A stretch of DNA of 64,000 nucleotides from Bdellovibrionota bacterium (GCA_965207455.1 CBDBMJ010000001.1:1-64000), one strand, 5' to 3'. Shown: positions 32,087 to 42,233, numbered from the stretch's first letter. The notes: generated by a model not told the origin, from the letters alone. Numbers and translations are program-made.

Positions 32087-33549
32087 TTATTCTTTTAATA
32101 GAGCAGGTTCCTCATCAGGCTTTTCTGACATGAATCGGATAAAATCTTCTACTGATCCGGAAACAGGAAGATTGAAATGTGTAGTAACCCTAGAAGAATT
32201 GGAATCCTTCCAACTACTAACTGTCTTGTCACTGTAAGCACTTAAGGAAACCAGATCTTTAAAACTTCTAACAAACTTTGTTTTCTCCAATGCTGTTTTA
32301 AATCTTTCAAGAAATTTAAAATACTCATAATCGTCTATATGCGGGCGCTCTCTGGATTTTGTCAATAAAAACCAGTAACCCATTTTATAATCATGACTCT
32401 TTTCCATTCTTTCCATAATCTCTGAATCTAGTTTGTTTGTGGCTTTTCTTAACTCAGCAGCGCTTTGGCATGTAAACTCAAAGTTAGGGTTAGCTCTTAA
32501 TGCCGCATCATTGCGTAACAGAGCAACAGGGTGAGTATAAATTATGTTAAAGTTAACCATTATTCCTTCATATGCATATCTGGAATTTAGTGTATCCGTA
32601 ATTTTTCCAGAATTCACCACATCCACAAATTTTTTCATTTCGTAATTAGACATTTCGCTAGTATATACTGAAAGACTTCTCATCAAGTCTTTTTTGTCCT
32701 CATCACATAAATGTTCAAACTCATCCGGCACTCTTTTTAACTCATCGGGAACTTGTCTTTCAAGCTGTTAAGAGTAATTTCTTCTAAAATATCTTGTTTT
32801 GCTATCTGTTGAGACCAAATTTGTGCTTCTGTCATAACAGATTCAGCTATTGACTGAAGTTTCGCCTGATCTCTCATTATAAGTTTTTGTATAGATCTTG
32901 CTCCTCCATCCATCATAGTTATGTCCTCAGCAGAGAGTGTCACCATCCACCTCCACGTAGTTTCCTGCGCCATTTCCTCATCAGACGTTCCATCTCCTCT
33001 GTAAGGATCAAACGCCTCTTTTTGCGCAGCGCCACGAAACATTATTACTATTTTGGTTGGTGTACGTTGCCATATTTCCCATATTTCTTTAAATGTTACT
33101 TTTCTTGTTGGCTCTTCCGTATATCCACAATTTACATTAGAAAGAGTACTCACAAATTTCCTCCAAGATGAAGAATCTAGTCTGTAGCTCATTGAATGAG
33201 GATTGACTGCTACTGACACTTCATTCACAGTACAGTTCTTCGTGCCAAAAGATAATTGACCTGGTCTGTCTTCATAAGTAACAGTGCAATTATTCAACTT
33301 TGAAATTTCCCGACTCTCCATTTTATGAGTTTTATTATTATACATAACCACCTTTCCCAACTTCGCTCTTGTAGTTACACCAGTAGGGAGGCTTTCTGGC
33401 AAAGCATCGAGACTAAACGTATTATTATATTCTCTAAGAACGTAATTTGTTCCTGTTAATTCTAGGTCACAAAAATACTTTTCCTCTTCCGCTAACGCTA
33501 CATTTGAACATAGGGCTATTAAACCCACTCCTATAATTATATTTTTCAT
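32087..33549 (-). pseudogene. Cassette allele B: long form (about 487 aa if repaired) split by a 1-nt frameshift near 32740-32768
   Basis: ORF 33549-32737 followed by -1 frame ORF ..QVPDELKRVPDEF..LLKE*; ends in the same TTAAAAGAATAA as alleles A and C. Confidence 0.65.
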
Positions 33550-33736
33550 CTTTCGTTCTCCTTTATTATATGGGTTGCGCTGCCGCTTATGAGACAACGC
33601 AACGCGTTTTTGTTTTAATTGATTTACATCATAGAGGAGGTATTGCGATAAGTCAAATATTTTTTGAAGCAAAGCAAAAAAAATAAATGCCTGATTTTAT
33701 TGGATTATTTGAGAAATTTAGCTCTTTTTATTCAAT

Positions 33737-34083
33737 GTAGAGGAAAGCTTATTTCCATGGGGTTTGCCATAAAAGATGGTTATATTTTTCATGGATTTTC
33801 CATAAACATTACGAACCAATGTTTAGGAGGGTTTAGTGTAATACAACCTTGTGGTGTAAATAACTGTCCCATTACTTCCTTGGAAGCAGAAAATGTTTCC
33901 GTTAAAGATCCTTTGGAGCTTACCCAAACGATTGCTCCCTATTTAAGTAATTTATTTAGCCGCACGGATGGGCAAGAAAGATTTAATTATAAGGATGTTT
34001 ATCCCAGCATTGAGTCTATTTTTTCTAAAGATTATGTGTCTTCAAAAAAAATAGGCATTAAGGAAAGCCATGCTGAAAATTGA
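33737..34083 (+). pseudogene. lipB: 3' fragment of lipB (duplicated)
   Basis: Identical to 30815-31161. Confidence 0.9.
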
Positions 34084-34966
34084 TTTGAGTGGGAAGTTAG
34101 CTTTAGTGGCAGGTGTTGCTGACGATCAAGGTTTTGGTTGGGCGATTACTAAATCCTTAGCAGCAGCGGGAGCGAAAATTATTCTTGCAGCTTGGCCTCC
34201 TGCCTTTAAGATATTGGAAATGTCCCTTAATCGAGGAAAGCTGAACACAGCCTTACCCGAAGGCAAAGAACTGTCTGTGGAACATATCTATCCCTTGGAC
34301 GCTGTCTACGATCGACGCGAAGATGCTCCAGAAGAAATACGCACCAATAAAAGATACTCTGCCTTAGGTGATTTCAGTATTCAGGGTTTGCGAAAAAACA
34401 TAGAGCGAGATTATGGAAAAGACAGTCTTGCCGTTGTAGTGCATTCGTTAGCCAATGGTCCTGAGGTGTCCAAGCCCCTTATGCAAACCTCCCGTACTGG
34501 TTACTTGGCAGCGAACTCTGCCAGTGCCTATTCGTTTGTAAGTATGATCCAAAACCTATCGCCCATAATGCCCAAGGGAGGAGCTTTTTTAGCCCTATCT
34601 TACTTGGCAGCCCATAGGGCAGTTCCGGGTTACGGTGGAGGAATGTCATCGGCAAAAGCTAGCCTAGAATCAGATACAAAAACTCTTTCCTACGAGGCAG
34701 GACGTGAGTTTGGTCATCGTGTAAATACAATTAGTGCTGGACCACTGGCTTCCCGAGCAGCCCGCTCCATTGGCTTTGTGGATGCAATGATATCGTACAG
34801 TGAAGCCCATGCACCACTACAGGATTCCCTCAAAGCGGCAGATGTGGGAAACACCGCTGCCTTTCTTTGCTCCCCCTTAGCGGCAGGTATTACGGGCAGT
34901 ACGGTGTATGTGGACAAAGGCATGCACGTTATGGGACCAGATCCCGACGATGAAAGTGCGCTCTAG
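34070..34966 (+). CDS. fabI: Enoyl-ACP reductase, copy 3
   Basis: Identical protein to copy 1 except YSNL>YSAL. Confidence 0.92.
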   Translation: MLKIDLSGKLALVAGVADDQGFGWAITKSLAAAGAKIILAAWPPAFKILEMSLNRGKLNTALPEGKELSVEHIYPLDAVYDRREDAPEEIRTNKRYSALGDFSIQGLRKNIERDYGKDSLAVVVHSLANGPEVSKPLMQTSRTGYLAANSASAYSFVSMIQNLSPIMPKGGAFLALSYLAAHRAVPGYGGGMSSAKASLESDTKTLSYEAGREFGHRVNTISAGPLASRAARSIGFVDAMISYSEAHAPLQDSLKAADVGNTAAFLCSPLAAGITGSTVYVDKGMHVMGPDPDDESAL

Positions 34967-35091
34967 CCTAATTTTAGGCACAAAAAAAGCCTTCTTCATT
35001 TCTAAAGAAAGCTTTCTTGTATTCTAGAGTAAATAAATACTTATCGGTCGAGGCCAAGCATTCGTCTGACATTATCGGCTGGATCAGTTTT

Positions 35092-35841
35092 TTATTCTTT
35101 TAATTTTTGTGCTTCCGCCTTAACAGATTCAGCTATTGACTGAAGTTTCGCCTGATCTCTCATTATAAGCTTTTGTATAGATCTTGCTCCTCCATCCATA
35201 TCCATCATAGTTATGTCCTCAGCAGAGAGTGTCACCATCCACCTCCACGTAGTTTCCTGCGTCATTTCCTCATCAGACGTTCCATCTCCTCTGTAAGGAT
35301 CAAACGCCTCTTTTTGCGCAGCGCCACGAAGCATTATTACTATTTTGGTTGGTGTACGTTGCCATATTTCCCATATTTCTTTAAATGTTACTTTTCTTGT
35401 TGGCTCTTCCGTATATCCACAATTTACATTAGAAAGAGTACTCACAAATTTCCTCCAAGATGAAGAATCTAGTCTGTAGCTCATTGAATGAGGATTGACT
35501 GCTACTGACACTTCATCTACAGTACAGTTCTTCGTGCCAAAAGATAATTGACCTGGTCTGTCTTCATAAGTAACAGTGCAATTATTCAACTTTGAAATTT
35601 CCCGACTCTCCATTTTATGAGTTTTATTATTATACATAACCACCTTTCCCAACTTCACTCTTGTAGTTACACCAGTAGGGAGGCTTTCTGGCAAAGCATC
35701 GAGACTAAACGTATTATTATATTCTCTAAGAACGTAATTTGTTCCTGTTAATTCTAGGTCACAAAAATACTTTTCCTCTTCCGCTAACGCTACATTTGAA
35801 CATAGGGCTATTAAACCCACTCCTATAATTATATTTTTCAT
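35092..35841 (-). CDS. Unknown secreted protein, cassette allele C (249 aa; body like B, tail like A)
   Basis: Near-identical to allele B up to ..QSIAESV, then KAEAQKLKE* and a downstream region identical to allele A. Confidence 0.8.
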   Translation of the reverse strand: MKNIIIGVGLIALCSNVALAEEEKYFCDLELTGTNYVLREYNNTFSLDALPESLPTGVTTRVKLGKVVMYNNKTHKMESREISKLNNCTVTYEDRPGQLSFGTKNCTVDEVSVAVNPHSMSYRLDSSSWRKFVSTLSNVNCGYTEEPTRKVTFKEIWEIWQRTPTKIVIMLRGAAQKEAFDPYRGDGTSDEEMTQETTWRWMVTLSAEDITMMDMDGGARSIQKLIMRDQAKLQSIAESVKAEAQKLKE

Positions 35842-36020
35842 CTTTCGTTCTCCTTTATTATATGGGTTGCGCTGCCGCTTATGAGACAACGCAACGCGTT
35901 TTTGTTTTAATTGATTTACATCATAGAGGAGGTATTGCGATAAGTCAAATATTTTTTGAAGCAAAGCAAAAAAAAATAAATGCCTGATTTTATTGGATTA
36001 TTTGAGAAGTTCAGCTCTTT

Positions 36021-36818
36021 TTATTCAATTGGGAGTTGAAAAAGATGGATGGTATTTTTTCGCGTAACTTGTGCCACTTCTTCCAGAGTCACTCCTTTGA
36101 TTTCTGCAACTTTTTCTGCGACCTCACGGGTGTACTGAGGTTTGTTTTTTTTTCCCCGGTAGGGGATGGGAGCTAAAAAGGGCGAGTCTGTTTCCACCAG
36201 CATTTTATCCAAAGGAACAATATCTCGAACAGTGGCACGGACCTCGTCGGCTTTTTTAAATGTAATCATACCAGAAAAGGAAACATAGTAGCCAAGCTCT
36301 AAGGCTTTTTCAGCTAACCAACCTTGGGAACTAAAGCAATGGAGAACGCCGGGGGGGCGGTTAGAGGGTTTCCACGCTTGGGAGTGTTCTTTGAGTAGGG
36401 GAAGGGTGTCGTCCTCTGACTCTCGGGTGTGGAGAACAATGGGCTTTTCACTTTCTACGGATAACTCCAACTGTCTTTGCATGGCCGTTTGTTGCGCTTT
36501 TTTGGGAGAGTGGTTGTAGTGGTAGTCTAGGCCAAGTTCTCCAATGGCAACACAACGCTTGCTCTTAGCGTAGTGCTTTACCTTTTCAAATAAATCGTCG
36601 GTGAGGTCTTTGGCTTCGTGGGGATGGATTCCTGAAGTATGAAATACGTTATCAAAGGTGGAGGCAATGGAATGGGCGCGCTCCAGGCTGTCGGGTTCTG
36701 CTGAGATGGTAATAATATGCTCAATGCCTGCTTCTTTTGCGTCGTCTATGAGGGTTTGGGTGCTGACGTCGTAGTCGTAGTCGAGGTGGGCGTGGCTATC
36801 AATCAGTCCTAGTTTCAT
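36021..36818 (-). CDS. tatD: TatD-family hydrolase
   Basis: IDSHAHL, GIHPH, IGELGLDY, LHCF, ETDSPFL; TAATG overlap with the upstream gene. Confidence 0.93.
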   Translation of the reverse strand: MKLGLIDSHAHLDYDYDVSTQTLIDDAKEAGIEHIITISAEPDSLERAHSIASTFDNVFHTSGIHPHEAKDLTDDLFEKVKHYAKSKRCVAIGELGLDYHYNHSPKKAQQTAMQRQLELSVESEKPIVLHTRESEDDTLPLLKEHSQAWKPSNRPPGVLHCFSSQGWLAEKALELGYYVSFSGMITFKKADEVRATVRDIVPLDKMLVETDSPFLAPIPYRGKKNKPQYTREVAEKVAEIKGVTLEEVAQVTRKNTIHLFQLPIE

Positions 36819-38035
36819 TATTTTTTTTCTTGTTTGGCTACAAAATCTAGAAGTGCTTGCCACTGTTCTGGAGAAAGTCCACCTCCCATTTTTCGTCCAT
36901 TTACCCAGTAGGTTGGAGTGGAATTTACGTCGATGGACGCACCCCAAGCAATATCTCTCTCTATACTTTCTTTTGTTTTTTTATCCGTTAAGCAGGATGT
37001 GTCTATGCCTAATCTTTTCATTTCTTCGTCTATCCATTCCTTGGAGAGGTCCTCTTGTTTATCGAAGATACGATTATGAGCGTTTTGGAACATGCCTTTT
37101 TTTCCAGCACAGTAAGATGCAGCCGCCGCCGTACAAGCCATAAGGTGGTTTCCACCCGACGCATTGGGGTTGCAGGTGCTGTCCAGGGGAAAGTGACGGT
37201 ATACGAACAGCACTCGATCTTTATTTTTTAGAAAAAAGGGTTTAAATGCCTGCGAGGCTTTTTTACAGGCAGGACACTGGAAGTCGCTAAACTTTACAAT
37301 TTTTAATATGGCCTTGTCTTTCTTTGCACCTTTGGCAGAAGGACCCTCAAAAGCTTCTTCGGGTAAAAAGACAGGGCTTGTTTGGGTATATTTTAAAATT
37401 CCACGATTTAAAGCACCACTGTTGTATTTTGCTTTTGTATTGGACTCCACAGCGGTGGAAAACCCAGCCGCTCCTAATACTAATACTGTTGCCAGTATGT
37501 ATGCACTCTTTACGCGTGGGAAGTTTAACTGCATGTCTTTATGGGAAAAGGTTTCCCCATTAGCCATAAGAGCATTTCCCCAATGTAATCCCAAGGCTTT
37601 TACTAAGACGGGCCAAATGCATAGATTGATCAACCAAAGGGCAGCACATCCCACACAAAAGCCTCCCACGATAAAGCGGGAAATAAATGCCATAACCATA
37701 GTTACGATAATGGCAACGGTGGCAAGGTTAAAGGCAGTGTATAGTGGCTCAAAACGGGTTTGCACATTCTGCATGGACCACACGAAGAGACTCATTAAGG
37801 CGATGTAGTAACCTAGGGCAATACCAGCTAAGGGAAAAATCCAAACCTTGGAAAAGGGGGATAGGGCAATTTCCTCACAGCCAGAGGAGGCGTCTGTGAA
37901 AATAGAGCAGCTGCTTTCCAAGCTTCCCGTGCCTGTGATCAGTTCAATATGGATGGTCAGGAGCCAGACGGAAACTGCGGCTCCAGCAAGGGCAAGGAAT
38001 AAAAGTATTCGTAAAAAAAGTTTTTCATTGTTCAT
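36818..38035 (-). CDS. VKOR-DsbA/thioredoxin fusion
   Basis: VKOR Cys loop and FCVGC; FSDFQCPAC; RHFPL; NSTPT. Confidence 0.88.
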   Translation of the reverse strand: MNNEKLFLRILLFLALAGAAVSVWLLTIHIELITGTGSLESSCSIFTDASSGCEEIALSPFSKVWIFPLAGIALGYYIALMSLFVWSMQNVQTRFEPLYTAFNLATVAIIVTMVMAFISRFIVGGFCVGCAALWLINLCIWPVLVKALGLHWGNALMANGETFSHKDMQLNFPRVKSAYILATVLVLGAAGFSTAVESNTKAKYNSGALNRGILKYTQTSPVFLPEEAFEGPSAKGAKKDKAILKIVKFSDFQCPACKKASQAFKPFFLKNKDRVLFVYRHFPLDSTCNPNASGGNHLMACTAAAASYCAGKKGMFQNAHNRIFDKQEDLSKEWIDEEMKRLGIDTSCLTDKKTKESIERDIAWGASIDVNSTPTYWVNGRKMGGGLSPEQWQALLDFVAKQEKK

Positions 38036-38044
38036 ATGGATAAT

Positions 38045-38722
38045 TTATCCCAGCATAGAAATGAAAGCAAGAATCCGTTCTTGACCCGGTCCGTCGCGAC
38101 GGTAGGAAGGAAATTCTGTGGGATTGCTATAGGTGCAAGCTCCTAAACAATCCACCTCCAAGGGGATATCCAACTGTTTTGCAGCGGTCTGTAACTGCTC
38201 CTTGTTCTCTCTTTCCAAGTTAAATAAATATTTTTTCTTCCCGAGAAGTTTTAAACAGGAGGGAGAGAAATGTTGAGCCACCTCTTTTCCCACCTCAAAG
38301 ACTTTGAAACTAATGCAAGGGCCGATGCAAGCATGCACACCGCTTATTTCTGTTTGTATTTCTGCTTGCTCCACCAAGCTATGCAAGCTTTTTCCAGCGA
38401 TATTCTTTGCCGTTCCGCGCCAGCCAGCATGAACAGCCATGATGGCCCTTGCTTTTTGATTCTTATCCACAGCACATAATAAAATGGGTGCACAATCGGC
38501 AACACGCACTCCTATGGGTAGGGTTCTTTCTTCGGTTGCAATGGCATCTGCCTCTTTTTCTCGAAAAGGTTTGGAACGAATCCAATTAATAGTATCTCCA
38601 TGTACTTGCTTGGGGAAACTCACAAAGCCCCCGAAGTCAATCCTGTCTGAGCTTTGACTTTTGCGTGTGATAAAGCCATGGCGTAAATTTTTTATTTTTT
38701 CTAACTGGGTGGAATGTATCAT
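38045..38722 (-). CDS. pgeF: Laccase-domain protein YfiH/PgeF
   Basis: QVHG, VADCAPI, VHAGWRG, IGPCI, SYRR. Confidence 0.9.
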   Translation of the reverse strand: MIHSTQLEKIKNLRHGFITRKSQSSDRIDFGGFVSFPKQVHGDTINWIRSKPFREKEADAIATEERTLPIGVRVADCAPILLCAVDKNQKARAIMAVHAGWRGTAKNIAGKSLHSLVEQAEIQTEISGVHACIGPCISFKVFEVGKEVAQHFSPSCLKLLGKKKYLFNLERENKEQLQTAAKQLDIPLEVDCLGACTYSNPTEFPSYRRDGPGQERILAFISMLG

Positions 38723-39732
38723 AATTTACTTTCTTGTTTTGTGGCTCGAAGCTGATTCAGTATACTCTGAAAACTCTTGGGACTTGCTATGGAAAATTCA
38801 CATTTTTCTTTTTTTATGGGGTGATAGAAGGATAAAAAAGAGGAGTGGAGGAGTTGTTGACATTCCGACTCATGATCTTTAATAGCTTTACTCAGTTCAG
38901 GATGGTGCCTAGAAATGGATTGAAGTCCGCTATGGGCTTGTTTGCGAGCGGCTCTTGTGGAGTTATAGTATATGCTGTCTCCCAATAGGGGGTAGCCGTG
39001 GTGGGCTGCATGCACTCGAATTTGATGGGTGCGCCCTGTTTTTAACTGGGCAGAAAAAAAAGAAGATAGGGTAAACTCCTCTATACGTTTAAATGTGGTG
39101 TGAGCATTTTTTCCGTCGGCTTGAACACTCATTTTCCGACGTTGCTTTTTACTCCGTCCAATAGACTCATCCCAAACTCCCTCAGGCGGAAGCACCCCCC
39201 AGCATATCCCCAAGTAGATTCGTTTGACGGTTCGGGATTGGAACTGTTTGGATAGGGCCGTTTGCACGGCATCTGTTTTAGCAATGAGAAGTAAGCCACT
39301 GGTGTTTTTATCGATACGGTGTACGATGCCCGGTCTTTTTTCCTCTCCCATGGAAAGTACTCCACTTTGAATTTCTTTCCTACAGTGGTACATAATGGCG
39401 TTTACCACAGTGCCAGTCCAATTCCCTATTGCTGGATGCACCACCATTCCCGTGGGCTTGTTAATGACTAAAAGGGATTCATCTTCATGGACCACAGAAA
39501 GAGGGATATTCTCTTCTATTAGGGTGGTGGACGAATCCTTGGGAAAGTAAACAGAAATGCTCATCCCCACTGCCACAGAGGCACTCGCTTTTACTTTTTT
39601 TTGATTCAAGCAAGCATGGCCTTCTCGAATTAATTGCTGGGCGTAAGAGCGGCTAATGTCAGGAAAATAAAGAGCTAGATAGGCATCGAAACGTGAACTT
39701 TTTTCTTTTGCTATATGTTCTGAATCTTCCAT
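38719..39732 (-). CDS. rluD: RluA/RluD-family pseudouridine synthase
   Basis: S4 domain, NKPTGMVVHP, GIVHRIDKNTSG, TGRTHQIRVH. Confidence 0.88.
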   Translation of the reverse strand: MEDSEHIAKEKSSRFDAYLALYFPDISRSYAQQLIREGHACLNQKKVKASASVAVGMSISVYFPKDSSTTLIEENIPLSVVHEDESLLVINKPTGMVVHPAIGNWTGTVVNAIMYHCRKEIQSGVLSMGEEKRPGIVHRIDKNTSGLLLIAKTDAVQTALSKQFQSRTVKRIYLGICWGVLPPEGVWDESIGRSKKQRRKMSVQADGKNAHTTFKRIEEFTLSSFFSAQLKTGRTHQIRVHAAHHGYPLLGDSIYYNSTRAARKQAHSGLQSISRHHPELSKAIKDHESECQQLLHSSFLSFYHPIKKEKCEFSIASPKSFQSILNQLRATKQESKL

Positions 39733-39734
39733 AC

Positions 39735-40403
39735 TTAGGTTTTTTGAATGGACTGGAGTTGACGTATATAAATTGGAGCTATTCGTTCACTATTGAGTTG
39801 CAAGCCCTTTGCATATTGAGTAACAAAACCTCGAACATAGACCAAGGCAGGTAGCATTTGAATATTCATTTCCTCCATGGCCGTAATATAGCGCTCCGTG
39901 AGTTTTGTATATGTCATCATTTCCTTTATGGTTATATTTTTATACTCGCGTACAGATTTTAGAAAATCACCGTCTATTAGGTCCGCCTTTTCAATTTTTT
40001 CTTCCATTTTAAGGTCCGTAGTATATTCCTTATGAATGTATAGGTCAAAGCTCGCCACACTGGGTTTTTTTAGGTGGACTGGGGTCTGGGGTTCTTGTGC
40101 TTCTGGCTCTATACTTGTTTGCACCTTCAAGTTAGTCACATCTTGCAAACCCTTGGAGTACCACTGGTCCTGTACGTTGTCGTATTTTTTTCGAAGAGTG
40201 GGATTGGTTAGGGTCTTGTAGGCCTGGGATAATTCCTCCAGTATGGCTTTAGGCTGTTCGGAGTCCATTAAACCATAGGATGCTAGGGAATTGGATCGGA
40301 GAGAACTCTTTGCTTCGAAATAGGCTTTTTCGATCACTTCCCTAGAAGCGCTGGGGGAAATATTTAAAATAGCATAGTATGAATCCATATTTGTTTTGTC
40401 CAT
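39735..40403 (-). CDS. DnaJ-like N-terminal domain fused to a RodZ-type HTH
   Basis: YYAILNISPSAS..IEKAY..AYKTL..R..YD (no HPD); LKSVRE..YVRGFVTQYA. Confidence 0.75.
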   Translation of the reverse strand: MDKTNMDSYYAILNISPSASREVIEKAYFEAKSSLRSNSLASYGLMDSEQPKAILEELSQAYKTLTNPTLRKKYDNVQDQWYSKGLQDVTNLKVQTSIEPEAQEPQTPVHLKKPSVASFDLYIHKEYTTDLKMEEKIEKADLIDGDFLKSVREYKNITIKEMMTYTKLTERYITAMEEMNIQMLPALVYVRGFVTQYAKGLQLNSERIAPIYIRQLQSIQKT

Positions 40404-40418
40404 TGAGCTTCCTTTCTT

Positions 40419-41453
40419 TTAGTACTTTCGATAAGCTTGTTCTTTTTCTTCCTCTAGCAGAGTATCTATAAAGCCTTGGATTTTCGGCAGTAGTGGGCTG
40501 GAGGGAAATGCTAGAGCAAGGGGACGACGGCTTCGGACAGACTGCCAAACAGCGCTGTCGTATTCTAAGTAGCCCAAGTAATCCATATGAATACCAAAGT
40601 ACTTACGACATACGTTTCGAATACCAATACCGAGTTCTCCGTCCATTTGGGTGCGCGCCTGGTTAATAGCAAATTTTATATTAAAATCAGTAATTGCTTC
40701 TCGAACCTCCCCCCCAAGCTCAGGGTATTGTCGTTCTAACTCCACTAAAAATCCCGCCGGGGTGGCAATATTTAACTTACCCTGTGAATCCACACGATCT
40801 TTGAGTTCGTTGATAATCTTGTTGGAATTTTCATCACGAGCAACCGTATTGAGTTTTCGAAAGAAAGCACTTTTAATAAAACGATACGTGTTTTCTATGC
40901 TGGTGGGTTCAGGAAGAATTGTTAAAATGCCCACATCCCCTGCTAGAAAAAAATCCAATGTATTAAAGGAAGTTCCTGCACCCAAGTCGAGGATAACGTA
41001 GTCTGCCTTTAAGTTTTTAATTTGAGCTAAGAAGCTTTGTTTTTGGTCGTGGGTGATGTTGGCCACATGGAGTGTGTCGCAAGCACCGCTAATCATGGAT
41101 AGGTTGGGAATGTTTGTGGGGCAAACGATGTCGGAAAATTGCTTTACTTTTTGCTCAAAGAAATCGGTAAGGGTGGGTAGACTTTCGTTGTAAGGTTCTC
41201 CTAGACAGGTGTGCATATTGGCAGCTCCCAGATCCAAATCTATTACGATAACGGAAAATTTCCTTTGTGCTAGGGCAATGCTGAGGTTGGCAGCAAGGAG
41301 CGTTTTGCCCACACCACCCTTTCCTCCACCAACGGACCAAATTTTTAGGCTCCGAGTATCTCGTTTCGCGGACAGCTCGTTTTCGCCTGTGGGAAAGGGA
41401 AACTCAAACTGCTCATCCGCTGTAGTTAACTCTTCTTTTTGCAATGCATCCAT
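40419..41453 (-). CDS. MinD/FlhG(ParA)-family P-loop ATPase
   Basis: GGKGGVGKT, DLDLGAAN, DLGAGT, PEPTSIEN. Confidence 0.88.
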   Translation of the reverse strand: MDALQKEELTTADEQFEFPFPTGENELSAKRDTRSLKIWSVGGGKGGVGKTLLAANLSIALAQRKFSVIVIDLDLGAANMHTCLGEPYNESLPTLTDFFEQKVKQFSDIVCPTNIPNLSMISGACDTLHVANITHDQKQSFLAQIKNLKADYVILDLGAGTSFNTLDFFLAGDVGILTILPEPTSIENTYRFIKSAFFRKLNTVARDENSNKIINELKDRVDSQGKLNIATPAGFLVELERQYPELGGEVREAITDFNIKFAINQARTQMDGELGIGIRNVCRKYFGIHMDYLGYLEYDSAVWQSVRSRRPLALAFPSSPLLPKIQGFIDTLLEEEKEQAYRKY

Positions 41454-41585
41454 GATCGTTCCCTATCTTTTCCTGTTTTTTCCTATTTTTTCCCCTAACT
41501 TAAATTATTCCTTGCAGCAACGCATAAAGTCAACAACTAAGATGAATTTTCAGTTGCGAAAAGAATATTTTTTGCGCATCTTTAA

Positions 41586-42233
41586 GTGATTATGGAGGAA
41601 ATAAATTTACACCAACGTAGTGATTTACACTTATTAAGGAAAACCTTTCATATTTGCTTTGGTATCGCCTTGCTCTACCCCCTCTGGTACGAGCAAAAAA
41701 GTAGGGAATGGATGGCTGCCTTTTTGGGTACTTTGCTGGCTTTGGTGATGTCCATTGAATATATGCGCAGCCACTGGAAAGAGGTTAATCAATGGATGGT
41801 ACGGATTATGGGTCCTGTAATGCGGGAGAGTGAGGTGACGGCTATTTCTGGTATTCCTTTCTACCTTGGCTCTTTCCTCTTTTCCGTGTTGGTTTTCCCG
41901 GAACACATTACAATCATCGCTATGCTACACCTTATATTTGGAGACCCCAGTTCCAGTTTTTTTGGTGTCCTGTGGGGACGGGACAAACTGTTTCCCCATA
42001 AAAGTCTTCAGGGTGCTTTGGGTGGCTTTGCTGTGTGTACAACCACAACGGCCCTTTACCTGCATATAGCTCAGATCGGGGATGGGAAAATTGTGATTCT
42101 TTCGATCATTGGTGGATTGGCAGGTGCCATTGCAGAGTTATTGCCTTTAAATATTGATGATAACTTTTCCATCCCAGTTGTGAGCGGAGGGATTATATCT
42201 CTAACGTTTTGGTGTGGAGGGATAGTGGTCTAG
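41586..42233 (+). CDS. CTP-dependent diacylglycerol/polyprenol kinase family membrane protein
   Basis: RKTFH, GDPSSSFFG, KSLQG, DDNFSIP. Confidence 0.82.
   Translation: MIMEEINLHQRSDLHLLRKTFHICFGIALLYPLWYEQKSREWMAAFLGTLLALVMSIEYMRSHWKEVNQWMVRIMGPVMRESEVTAISGIPFYLGSFLFSVLVFPEHITIIAMLHLIFGDPSSSFFGVLWGRDKLFPHKSLQGALGGFAVCTTTTALYLHIAQIGDGKIVILSIIGGLAGAIAELLPLNIDDNFSIPVVSGGIISLTFWCGGIVV

Larger units (their letters stand above)
28496..36029. repeat. Three-unit tandem array ['lipB - fabI - variable secreted gene - promoter]; units 28496-30814, 30815-33736 and 33737-36029
   Basis: The identical novel junction ttattcaat|gtagaggaaagc (tatD 3' end joined to mid-lipB) occurs at 30814/5 and 33736/7. 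The arms are near-identical and the cassettes differ. Confidence 0.92.

Noticed and set aside
29851..35841. Diversity-generating retroelement or integron as the cause of cassette variation
   Set aside because: No reverse transcriptase or integron integrase is in the window, B/C differences are not adenine-specific, and no attC-like sites were recognised.
36819..36947. N-terminal extension of tatD
   Set aside because: It lies inside the VKOR-DsbA gene; the TAATG overlap supports a start at 36818.
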